NCBI GenBank assembly: GCA_045655245.1
Contig: JAZOOX010000022.1
Location: forward strand, 13,292 to 45,291
Origin: Clostridia bacterium
GTDB taxonomy: Bacteria; Bacillota; Clostridia; RGIG8785
Reading direction: 5' to 3'
DNA length: 32,000 nt
The notes beneath the pieces are model-generated. The model saw only the letters and a program-made list of their open reading frames with translations. It was not told the origin of the DNA and searched no databases. How positions within the stretch are numbered: the first letter of the stretch is position 1; the number at the start of each line of letters is the position of its first letter. Both the position numbers and the translations under genes were made by a program. Below, one piece after another: positions 1 to 8,013 of this stretch.

Positions 1-500
1 TCGAGCCTGATAAGTCTGCCCGTCCCTTAGCGACGATGCTGACCGCCAGCATGGACACCAACGATTTCTTTACCGAAGCACATCCCAAGCTTCGTCCTGT
101 AGAAAGCCCGACGGCGGGTGTCTTCTTATCGGGTACCTGCCAGGGTCCCAAGGATATTCCGGAAACGGTTTCCCAGGCGTCTGCCGCCGCTGCAAAGGTC
201 ATCGGCCTTTTGGTGAAAGACAAACTGACAGGAAACCCCTGTATTGCAAGTTCCAATGAGCAAATGTGTAACGGATGCTCCTCCTGCGAACGGGTTTGCC
301 CCTACGGTGCTATCACCTACGCAGACAAAGAGTTCCGTATGCCTGATCGTACCACTTTGGTACGCCGCGTAGCCCAAGTCAATCCTGCGGTCTGCCAGGG
401 TTGCGGTGCTTGTACCGTAGCCTGCCCCTCGGGTGCGATGGATTTGCGTGGCTTTGCAAGTAATCAGATTATGGCGGAGGTGGATGCAATATGCAAGTAA
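1..500 (+). CDS. HdrA-like FAD/Fe-S oxidoreductase, C-terminal part (5' end is upstream of the window)
   Basis: The frame is open from nt 3 to the stop at 498-500. HPKLRPVESPTAGVFLSGTCQGPKDIPETVSQASAAAAK matches the conserved HdrA C-terminal FAD-domain motif. Two 4Fe-4S motifs follow: CNGCSSCERVCP and CQGCGACTVACP. Confidence 0.75.
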   Translation, partial: EPDKSARPLATMLTASMDTNDFFTEAHPKLRPVESPTAGVFLSGTCQGPKDIPETVSQASAAAAKVIGLLVKDKLTGNPCIASSNEQMCNGCSSCERVCPYGAITYADKEFRMPDRTTLVRRVAQVNPAVCQGCGACTVACPSGAMDLRGFASNQIMAEVDAICK

Positions 501-925
501 ACGGATACAAACCTTTGATCGTTGCCTTTTGTTGCAACTGGTGTTCCTATGCAGGTGCCGATCTGGCGGGAAACAACCGTCTGAACTATCCTGCAGATGT
601 TAAAATCATCCGCGTTCCCTGTTCCTGCCGTGTCAACCCCATGTTCATCCTCCGTGCGTTCCAGCGCGGTGCCGACGGGGTTATCAACTGTGGTTGCCAC
701 CCCGGTGACTGCCACTACACCTCGGGGAACTACTACACCCGCCGTCGTATGGCTCTGCTCTTCTCGATGCTGGATTATCTGGGCATCGAACGGGAGCGCA
801 CCCGTGTTGAATGGGTCTCTGCGGCAGAAGGTGCTAAGTTCGCCGCTACGATGAACGATTTTGCCGAGAAAGTAGCCGCTCTGGGCGAGAATAAACGATT
901 GGAGGATTTACGATGCAAAAAGTAA
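491..925 (+). CDS. mvhD: MvhD/FlpD (FlxD)-like [2Fe-2S] electron-transfer subunit
   Basis: FCCNWCSYAGADLAG, IRVPCSCRVNP and GADGVINCGCHPGDCHY are the FlpD/MvhD signature. GGAGG at 477-481 precedes ATG 491. The start overlaps the upstream stop by 10 nt. Confidence 0.85.
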   Translation: MQVNGYKPLIVAFCCNWCSYAGADLAGNNRLNYPADVKIIRVPCSCRVNPMFILRAFQRGADGVINCGCHPGDCHYTSGNYYTRRRMALLFSMLDYLGIERERTRVEWVSAAEGAKFAATMNDFAEKVAALGENKRLEDLRCKK

Positions 926-1902
926 GCCGTGACGCGCTGGTTGAAAAAGCGGTCGCAATGCTTCGTGACGACAAGGTTTGCGCAGTCCTCGGTTGGCGGA
1001 AAGGTGCTTTTGACTACGACGTCACTCCTTCCCTCTTCACCGATGCCGATGATTTGGAAAACAACTTTGTTTGGAACGATTTTTGCGGCGCAAACCTCTC
1101 AAAGTATCTTGTAGCAAAAACCCGCAAGGCAGAAGGAAAGATTCTGGTTTTCTTAAAGCCCTGCGACACCTACAGTTTTAACCAACTGTTAACCGAACAT
1201 CGCTTTGACCGGGAAAAGGTCTATGCCGTCGGCGTTCCCTGCAACGGCATGGCAGACATCCGCAAGATCAAAGACCTTTGCGGCGAAGGCATTGCCTCCA
1301 TCACCTGTGACGGTGACGGTCTTTCGGTCGAAACCTTATACGACGGTAATAAGACCCTGGCCCTTGCCGATGTACTGGCAGAACGTTGCATCTCCTGCAA
1401 GAGCAAGAAGCACGTTGCCTTTGACGAGTTGTTGGGCGAAACGGGTGAAGTTACCGAATCCAACCGTTTTGACGAAGTAGCACGTTTGGAAAAGATGTCC
1501 GCAGACGAGCGGTTTGACTTCTGGCAAAACGAGCTCTCTCGTTGCATCCGTTGCAACGCCTGCCGTGACGTCTGCCCCGCCTGTACCTGTGAAAAGTGCG
1601 TCTTTGACAATCCCGCATCGGGAGTCGAAAACAAGGCGGCGGCAAACAGTTTTGAAGAAAAGCTTTTCCACGTCATTCGTGCATTCCATGTTGCAGGTCG
1701 CTGTACCGACTGCGGCGAATGCTCCCGCGTTTGCCCTCAACAGATCCCCCTGCACCTGTTAAATCGCAAGTTCATCCGTGATATTGACTCCTTCTATGGG
1801 GAATATCAGGCGGGTGCTGAAGTAGGCTCCCGTGCGCCGCTGGTGAACTACACCGAGGACGATTTAGAGCCGTCCGAAGTATTTGAAGGGAGGGGCGAAT
1901 GA
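913..1902 (+). CDS. Fe-S protein of the HydB/AsrA type (FlxC/FlxB-like), 2x[4Fe-4S]
   Basis: Contains ILVFLKPCD plus CIRCNACRDVCPACTCEKC and CTDCGECSRVCP. GGAGG at 901-905 precedes the ATG. The start overlaps the mvhD stop by 13 nt. It is paralogous to the next ORF. Confidence 0.6.
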   Translation: MQKVSRDALVEKAVAMLRDDKVCAVLGWRKGAFDYDVTPSLFTDADDLENNFVWNDFCGANLSKYLVAKTRKAEGKILVFLKPCDTYSFNQLLTEHRFDREKVYAVGVPCNGMADIRKIKDLCGEGIASITCDGDGLSVETLYDGNKTLALADVLAERCISCKSKKHVAFDELLGETGEVTESNRFDEVARLEKMSADERFDFWQNELSRCIRCNACRDVCPACTCEKCVFDNPASGVENKAAANSFEEKLFHVIRAFHVAGRCTDCGECSRVCPQQIPLHLLNRKFIRDIDSFYGEYQAGAEVGSRAPLVNYTEDDLEPSEVFEGRGE

Positions 1903-2930
1903 TGCGTAAGTGTGAATTATCAGCAATGGATGCCCTGTTTGCCAAGATTGCAGCAGACGCTACCCTTTATCTCCCTGTAGACAATGAAACGGGCAAGGCT
2001 TCCTTCCAGAAGTGGGAAGCAGGCAAGGTGTGGAGCGATGCGCTGACCACCGTAAAAAGCCCCAAAGAGTTCTTCTTCCCCCAGATGGAGGACCTGATGG
2101 CATTTAAAACTGCAGGGAAAGCCATCGAACTGATTGATACCCGCTCCGAATCGGAAGATTTTGTAGTCTTTGGTGTCCGTGCTTGCGACGCCAAGAGTCT
2201 GGACGTTTTGGATCTGGTCTTTTTGACCGAGCCAAGAGACAGTTACTACGCCAACCGTCGGGAACATGGTACGGTCGTCACCTTGGCTTGTACCCGCCCT
2301 GCCGAGACCTGCTTCTGTCAGACCTTCGGGATTGACGCAGCAGACCCCCAAGGCGACCTGTCCCTCTGGAAAACCGAAACCGAAGTTTATTTCAAAGCCA
2401 ACACCCCCAAAGGTGAAGCACTGTTGAAGAAATTAGAAGGGCTGACCATTGAAGCGGATGACTCTGCTGTTTTGGAACAGAAAGAACAGATTCGTCAAGT
2501 ACTGAGCAAACTGCCCTTAAAGGACCTGACCACCGACGGGTTTGGTGGCGGAAAGACCGAAGCGCTCTTTGACCGTCCCGAATGGAAGGCCTTGTCCGAA
2601 TCCTGCCTGGGTTGCGGCACCTGTACTTTTGTCTGCCCCACCTGCCAGTGCTACGACATCAAGGACTTTAACACGGGTAACGGGGTTGTACGGTTCCGTT
2701 GCTGGGATTCTTGCATGTACTCCGACTTTACCAAGATGGCACACGGTAACAACCGCCTGACCCAGACCGAACGGTTCCGTCAGCGGTTTATGCACAAACT
2801 GGTCTACTTCCCCGAAAACAACGACGGAATGTTCAGTTGCGTCGGTTGCGGTCGCTGTCTGGCATCCTGTCCGATCTCGATGAATATTGCCAAAGTAATG
2901 AAGACGCTGGGAGGAAACGAAAATGAATAA
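1899..2930 (+). CDS. Fe-S protein, sulfhydrogenase beta / anaerobic sulfite reductase A-like (FlxB/FlxC-like)
   Basis: Contains FVVFGVRACDAKSLDVLDLVF plus CLGCGTCTFVCPTCQCYD and CVGCGRCLASCP, the typical AsrA/HydB layout. An ATGA start/stop overlap links it to the upstream gene. Confidence 0.65.
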   Translation: MMRKCELSAMDALFAKIAADATLYLPVDNETGKASFQKWEAGKVWSDALTTVKSPKEFFFPQMEDLMAFKTAGKAIELIDTRSESEDFVVFGVRACDAKSLDVLDLVFLTEPRDSYYANRREHGTVVTLACTRPAETCFCQTFGIDAADPQGDLSLWKTETEVYFKANTPKGEALLKKLEGLTIEADDSAVLEQKEQIRQVLSKLPLKDLTTDGFGGGKTEALFDRPEWKALSESCLGCGTCTFVCPTCQCYDIKDFNTGNGVVRFRCWDSCMYSDFTKMAHGNNRLTQTERFRQRFMHKLVYFPENNDGMFSCVGCGRCLASCPISMNIAKVMKTLGGNENE

Positions 2931-3756
2931 CATCCAAGACCCGTTGATGCCCCATATCGGCGTGATTACCGATGTCCGCATTGACACCCCCGATATCAAG
3001 ACCTTCCGCGTGGTTACCCCCGACGGAAAAAAGGCCTTTGACCATCGCCCCGGTCAGTGCGCCATGCTCTCCATCCCCGGCGTGGGCGAGGCGATGTTCT
3101 CCATCACCTCCTCCCCCACCAACGAGGAGTTTATGGAGTTCTCGATTAAAAAGTGCGGTTGCGTCACCGACTGGCTCCACCAAGCGGAAGTCGGTCAACA
3201 GTTGACCATCCGCGGACCTTACGGCAACCCCTTCCCCGTAGACACCGAGTTTGCGGGAAAGAATATGCTCTTTATCGCCGGCGGTGTCGGTCTTGCACCC
3301 CTCCGCTCGGTCATCAACTACTGCCGTCACTACCGCGACCGTTATGGTTCCATTGACATTGTATACGGTTCCCGCAGCAAGGACGATTTGCTGGACTATC
3401 AGGAAATCATCGACGAGTGGGCAACCGACAGCGGTGTGAACGTTCACCTGACCATCGACAACCCCCAGGAGGGCTGGGACGGTCATGTAGGGTTTGTTCC
3501 CAGTTATGTCAAAGAACTGGGCTTTTCCACTGACAAGACCGCCGTTCTTTGCGGTCCGCCCATTATGATTAAGTTCACTTTAGAAGGGTTGCTGGAGCTG
3601 GGCTTTGACAAGACCCAGGTTTACACCACCCTGGAACTGAAGATGAAATGCGGCATCGGCAAGTGCGGTCGTTGCAATGTCGGTTCCAAGTACGTCTGCA
3701 AAGACGGTCCTGTTTTCCGTTTTGACGAGCTGGACGAGTTGCCCGACGAGTATTGA
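2923..3756 (+). CDS. FAD/NAD(P)H-binding oxidoreductase with C-terminal [2Fe-2S] (HydG/AsrB/PyrK-like, FlxA-like)
   Basis: Shows the ferredoxin-reductase fold (RPGQCAMLSIPGVGEAMFSI, MLFIAGGVGLAPLRS) and a C-terminal CGIGKCGRCNVG...CKDGPVF cluster motif. The start overlaps the upstream gene by 8 nt. Confidence 0.75.
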   Translation: MNNIQDPLMPHIGVITDVRIDTPDIKTFRVVTPDGKKAFDHRPGQCAMLSIPGVGEAMFSITSSPTNEEFMEFSIKKCGCVTDWLHQAEVGQQLTIRGPYGNPFPVDTEFAGKNMLFIAGGVGLAPLRSVINYCRHYRDRYGSIDIVYGSRSKDDLLDYQEIIDEWATDSGVNVHLTIDNPQEGWDGHVGFVPSYVKELGFSTDKTAVLCGPPIMIKFTLEGLLELGFDKTQVYTTLELKMKCGIGKCGRCNVGSKYVCKDGPVFRFDELDELPDEY

Positions 3757-3774
3757 TGAAAAGGAGATAAGACT

Positions 3775-4449
3775 ATGGAAAATATGGTAAACATTTTTCT
3801 GTTCGGAAAGAAATACCAAGTGCCCGAAAATTTGACCATTATGCGGGCAATGGAGTATGCGGGATACCAGTTGGTTCGCGGTTGCGGTTGCCGTAACGGC
3901 TTCTGCGGCGCCTGTGCCACCATCTACCGCATCCACGGTCAGCAGGAGTTAAAGTCCTGCCTGGCTTGTCAGACCAAGGTTGAAGAGGGGATGTACATTG
4001 CGACCTTGCCCTTCTTCCCGTTGGTCAAACAGGTGTACGATGTCAACACGGTCCGTCCCACCGACGCGATCATGATGCAGTTGTACCCCGAAATTTATGC
4101 TTGTATCGGTTGCAATGCTTGCACCAAGAGCTGTACCCAGGAACTGAACGTTATGCAGTACATTGCATACGCTCAGCGAGGGGATTTTGAGAAATGCGCC
4201 GAAGAGTCTTTTGACTGTGTTATGTGTGGCGTTTGCTCCTCTCGTTGCCCTGCAGGGATTTCCCATCCTCAGGTTGCCATGCTGGCTCGCCGCTTAAACG
4301 GCAAGTACCTGGCACCCAAGTCTGCTCACGTCAGCGACCGTGTACAGGAAATCAAGGACGGTACCTTTACCGACCTGATTGAAGCACTGATGCAAAAACC
4401 CATCGAGGAAATCAAAGAACTCTACAACAACCGAGATATCGAGAAATAA
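3775..4449 (+). CDS. succinate dehydrogenase/fumarate reductase iron-sulfur subunit-like protein
   Basis: The N-terminal 2Fe-2S motif is CRNGFCGACA...C. It is followed by CIGCNACTKSC and CVMCGVCSSRCP, arranged as in SdhB/FrdB. AAGGAG sits 8 nt upstream of the ATG. Confidence 0.7.
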   Translation: MENMVNIFLFGKKYQVPENLTIMRAMEYAGYQLVRGCGCRNGFCGACATIYRIHGQQELKSCLACQTKVEEGMYIATLPFFPLVKQVYDVNTVRPTDAIMMQLYPEIYACIGCNACTKSCTQELNVMQYIAYAQRGDFEKCAEESFDCVMCGVCSSRCPAGISHPQVAMLARRLNGKYLAPKSAHVSDRVQEIKDGTFTDLIEALMQKPIEEIKELYNNRDIEK

Positions 4450-4462
4450 GGAGGGAAATGCC

Positions 4463-6058
4463 ATGTATTCTGAACAGTTTCAAGAATCCTTAAAGAAGGT
4501 TGAAGCCGCTCGCGAGGCAAACATCGCATTAGAGCCCGCACGTATGACGGCACAACAGAAAGAAGACTTATTGGCGGAGTACCATCCCGACTATAAGCAA
4601 GGCGAGTTTGACACCTTAAAAATCGGCCCCAACGCAGGCGAAAAAGTCCCCGTTGAACTGGCTAAAATGTTACAGGCACACAGCCGCATCAAGGCATCGG
4701 ATGTAGACCTGACCACCCCCGACTATGACGTTGATGTACTGATCATCGGCGGTGGCGGTGCAGGCGCTTCGGCGGCAATCGAAGCTCACGAAGCAGGCGC
4801 CAACGTTATGATTGTTACCAAGCTCCGTATCGGTGATGCCAACACCATGATGGCAGAAGGCGGTATTCAGGCGGCCGATAAACCCAACGACTCCCCCGCC
4901 ACCCACTTTGTAGATGCTTTCGGCGGCGGTCACTATGCCGCAAAGCGGGAACTCTTGTCCAAACTGGTTTGCGACGCTCCCGAAGCCATTCTGTGGCTGA
5001 ACGAACTGGGTGTCGAGTTTGACAAAGACGCTGACGGTACGATGGTTACCACCCATGGCGGCGGTACTTCCCGCAAGCGGATGCATGCGGCGAAGGACTA
5101 CTCGGGCGCAGAGATTATGCGTACCCTCCGTGACGAAGTATTGAACCGCAGGATTCCTGTTGTTGACTTTACCGCAGCAATTGAGCTGATTTTGGACGAC
5201 CAAGGCAAGGCCGCAGGTGCCGTCCTGATGAATATGGAGACCCACGAGCTGTTGGTTGCTCGTGCCAAGACCGTTATCATCGCTACCGGCGGTGCAGGTC
5301 GTATGCACTATCAAGGCTTCCCCACCTCCAACCACTACGGCGCAACTGCCGACGGTCTGGTACTGGGTTACCGTGTGGGTGCAAAGTTACTGTACGCCGA
5401 AACTTTACAGTATCATCCCACCGGTGCCGCATTCCCCGAGCAGATTTTCGGTGCACTGGTAACCGAAAAGGTCCGTTCTTTGGGCGCTAAACTGATCAAC
5501 GTCAACGGCGAAGTCTTCATGCACCCCTTAGAGACCCGTGACGTTTCCGCCGCATCCATCATCCGCGAGTGCTCCACCCGCGAAAACGGTGTCAACACCG
5601 GCAGTGGCTACGGTGTATGGTTAGACACCCCCATGATTGAAAAAATCGGCGGTGAAGGCACCATCGAGCGCCGCATCCCCGCAATGATGCGTATGTTTGA
5701 AAAGTACGGCATCGACATCCGCAAAGAACCCATCCTGGTCTACCCCACCCTGCACTACCAAAACGGCGGCTTAGACATCACTGCCGACTGTATGACCACC
5801 AACGTTGAAAACCTCTTTGTTGCAGGCGAAGCCGTTGGCGGTATCCACGGCAGAAACCGTCTGATGGGTAACTCTTTGTTAGACATCATCGTATTCGGTC
5901 GCAGTGCAGGTCAGAACGCCGCCGCAAAGGCAAAGGAAACCACCGTTGGAACTCTGACCTTAGACCATATTGAAAAGTTTGAAAACGAAATCGCCGCAGC
6001 CAAGATTGACACCGATTTGGTCTCTCCCAAACTGTTGCCCGATTATCGCAACAAATAA
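4463..6058 (+). CDS. soluble fumarate reductase/succinate dehydrogenase flavoprotein-like FAD protein (FAD_binding_2 family)
   Basis: Carries the dinucleotide fold DVLIIGGGGAGASAAIEA and the motifs ATGGAGRMH, LQYHPTG, TEKVRS, YPTLHYQNGG and GRNRLMGNSLLDIIVFGR. These align to E. coli FrdA motifs. AAGGAGG precedes the ATG. Confidence 0.75.
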   Translation: MYSEQFQESLKKVEAAREANIALEPARMTAQQKEDLLAEYHPDYKQGEFDTLKIGPNAGEKVPVELAKMLQAHSRIKASDVDLTTPDYDVDVLIIGGGGAGASAAIEAHEAGANVMIVTKLRIGDANTMMAEGGIQAADKPNDSPATHFVDAFGGGHYAAKRELLSKLVCDAPEAILWLNELGVEFDKDADGTMVTTHGGGTSRKRMHAAKDYSGAEIMRTLRDEVLNRRIPVVDFTAAIELILDDQGKAAGAVLMNMETHELLVARAKTVIIATGGAGRMHYQGFPTSNHYGATADGLVLGYRVGAKLLYAETLQYHPTGAAFPEQIFGALVTEKVRSLGAKLINVNGEVFMHPLETRDVSAASIIRECSTRENGVNTGSGYGVWLDTPMIEKIGGEGTIERRIPAMMRMFEKYGIDIRKEPILVYPTLHYQNGGLDITADCMTTNVENLFVAGEAVGGIHGRNRLMGNSLLDIIVFGRSAGQNAAAKAKETTVGTLTLDHIEKFENEIAAAKIDTDLVSPKLLPDYRNK

Positions 6059-6071
6059 GGAGGCAATTATA

Positions 6072-7325
6072 ATGAATTTATTCGGCGGTGTCATTCCCGT
6101 AACGGGAATCTCATTCCTGATTCTTTTTGTATTTACCGTTTTGTTCGTCGGCTATGCCTTGGGACGGATCACCATCAAAGGTGTTTGCCTGGGCGATGCA
6201 GGTGTGTTCGTAATTGCCCTGCTGTTTGGCGCACTGTTTTACGAGCCCCTTGCCGCACAAATGACCTTCGACGGTGTGGACTTTACCGAAAAAGCTCTGA
6301 CCATCATCGAGAACTTGGGTTTGATTCTCTTCGTTACCTCGGTTGGATTTATCGCAGGACCTAAGTTCTTTGGGAATATGAAAAAGAACTTTAAGTCCTA
6401 TGTCCTGTTAGGGTTCATCATCATTTTGGCAGGCGGTCTGTCTGCCGTTGCCTGCATTTTCGCAGGGGAAGTCTTTGGCTACGGCTCTTCCATTACCGAG
6501 CAAGACGGGTTTGTGGCAATGATCGTCGGGTTACTGTCGGGGTCTTTGACCTCTACTCCCGCCTTCTCCGCCGCAAAAGCCACCGTTGCCGAGCAGTATA
6601 CCAGCCTGGTTTCGGTCGGTCACGGTATTGCCTACATTTTTGGCGTAATCGGCGTTGTCCTTTTTGTTCAGGTGATTCCCAAGCTGACCCGCGCCGACAT
6701 GGATGCCGAACGTGCTAAAATTGCCGGTCCTGCCGAAACAGAAGAAAAGAAGAGCACTGTTGGCAAACTCCTTTCGCTGGACGGACACGGCTTTGCCGCA
6801 TTTGCCCTTGCCGCAGTCTTAGGTACGATCGTCGGAAAAATTAAGATTCCGTTGTCTGCGGCGGGTCTGGACGGCACCTGTTTCTCGTTGACCACTACCG
6901 GCGGATGCCTTTTGGTATCCCTGCTCTTCGGCCACTTTGGCCGCATCGGCAAGGTAAACATAATGCCCGAAGGTCACCTTCTGAAAATCCTGCGGGAGCT
7001 GGGTCTGGTTTTCTTCCTGGTCGGCGCTGGTATCCCCGGCGGTGCAGAGTTCGTTGCCAACTTTGACATTATGTACTTTGTCTACGGAATCGTAATGACC
7101 GTCTGCCCCATGATCATCGGTTACCTTTTCGCAAAGTATGTTTTAAAACTTTCCTTGTTGAACAACCTGGGCTCTTTGACCGGCGGAATGACCTCCACCC
7201 CCGCGCTGGGCACCTTAATTGGTGTTTCCAAGACCGAGGATGTAGCTGCCGCTTACGCCGCTACCTATCCCATCGCTTTGATTGCGGTGGTACTGGTTTC
7301 CCAGTTCTTGATCATTCTGTTTTAA
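6072..7325 (+). CDS. AAE-family (AspT/YidE/YbjL/SucE-type) transporter made of two Asp-Al_Ex repeats
   Basis: The protein is polytopic and hydrophobic. The repeat signature GRITIKGVCLGDAGVFVIALLFG appears in the N-terminal half, and GGCLLVSLLFGHFGRIG in the C-terminal half. I chose ATG 6072 because AAGGAGG lies at 6056-6062. The track start at 5970 overlaps the upstream gene. Confidence 0.7.
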   Translation: MNLFGGVIPVTGISFLILFVFTVLFVGYALGRITIKGVCLGDAGVFVIALLFGALFYEPLAAQMTFDGVDFTEKALTIIENLGLILFVTSVGFIAGPKFFGNMKKNFKSYVLLGFIIILAGGLSAVACIFAGEVFGYGSSITEQDGFVAMIVGLLSGSLTSTPAFSAAKATVAEQYTSLVSVGHGIAYIFGVIGVVLFVQVIPKLTRADMDAERAKIAGPAETEEKKSTVGKLLSLDGHGFAAFALAAVLGTIVGKIKIPLSAAGLDGTCFSLTTTGGCLLVSLLFGHFGRIGKVNIMPEGHLLKILRELGLVFFLVGAGIPGGAEFVANFDIMYFVYGIVMTVCPMIIGYLFAKYVLKLSLLNNLGSLTGGMTSTPALGTLIGVSKTEDVAAAYAATYPIALIAVVLVSQFLIILF

Positions 7326-7329
7326 CAAT

Positions 7330-7361
7330 AAAAAAACGCCCCGATTTGGGGCGTTTTTTTA
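7330..7361 (+). terminator. rho-independent terminator closing the hdr/flx/frd-like operon
   Basis: The stem is ACGCCCC-gattt-GGGGCGT, followed by a T7 run. An A-run precedes the stem. Confidence 0.85.
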
Positions 7362-7390
7362 TTGCAGTTTTAGCCAAAGGATGATACAAT
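7362..7390 (+). promoter_or_regulatory. putative sigma-70 promoter for the nitroreductase gene
   Basis: TTGCAG-N17-TACAAT lies about 22 nt upstream of the AGGAGGG RBS and ATG 7413. Confidence 0.4.
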
Positions 7391-7412
7391 GGTTTAAAAA
7401 GGAGGGATCAAC

Positions 7413-7934
7413 ATGGGATTCTTTACACTGGCAAAAGACCGTTACTCGGTACGGAAATTCAAACCCGAACATCTATCCAAGGAAGAGCTTGACACGATCA
7501 TAAAAGCAGGGATGGTGGCGCCTACGGGTTGCAACTTCCAGGCCTTTCGGATTTTGGTCATCAATGATGATGTGTCTGCGCCCAAGTTGGCTAAATGCAC
7601 CGACAGCCACTTTAACGCCCCTGCGGCGATGGTCGTCTGCTATCACAAAAACGAGTGTTGGTATCGCAAAAAATACGACGGCGAACCTTGCGGTGTTTTG
7701 GATGCCGCGATCGTGGGCACTCATTTAATGCTCCAAGCCCACGAAATCGGAGTGGGCAGTACCTGGGTGATGAGTTTTGACCCCGCCGCCTTACGCCGTG
7801 CCTACAACATCCCCGATGAATTAGAACCTGTAGTACTTTTGGTCATGGGACATCCTGCCGAGGATGCCGCTCCTGCACCTCAGCACGATGTATTTCGTCC
7901 CGTGGAGGATTTGGTTTATTACGACACCTTTTGA
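7413..7934 (+). CDS. nitroreductase family protein
   Basis: RYSVRKFKPEHLSKEELDTIIKAGMVAPTGCNFQAFRILV is a typical N-terminus of the FMN nitroreductase family. The length of 173 aa fits. Confidence 0.8.
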   Translation: MGFFTLAKDRYSVRKFKPEHLSKEELDTIIKAGMVAPTGCNFQAFRILVINDDVSAPKLAKCTDSHFNAPAAMVVCYHKNECWYRKKYDGEPCGVLDAAIVGTHLMLQAHEIGVGSTWVMSFDPAALRRAYNIPDELEPVVLLVMGHPAEDAAPAPQHDVFRPVEDLVYYDTF

Positions 7935-7949
7935 TTTCAATAAGTAATG

Positions 7950-7979
7950 GAAAAAGCACCCAAAACGGGTGCTTTTTTA
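7950..7979. terminator. bidirectional rho-independent terminator between the nitroreductase gene and glmS
   Basis: A5-GCACCC-aaaac-GGGTGC-T6. The hairpin is flanked by an A-run on one side and a T-run on the other, between convergent genes. Confidence 0.8.
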
Positions 7980-8013
7980 CATCTGAATTCAGTTTTAACA
8001 GATCCTATAGGGA

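Noticed and set aside
5970-6071. The track start of the transporter ORF at 5970 overlaps the flavoprotein gene.
   Set aside because: The first 34 residues are non-hydrophobic read-through of the upstream gene's 3' end. ATG 6072 sits 9 nt after AAGGAGG and begins the first TM helix.
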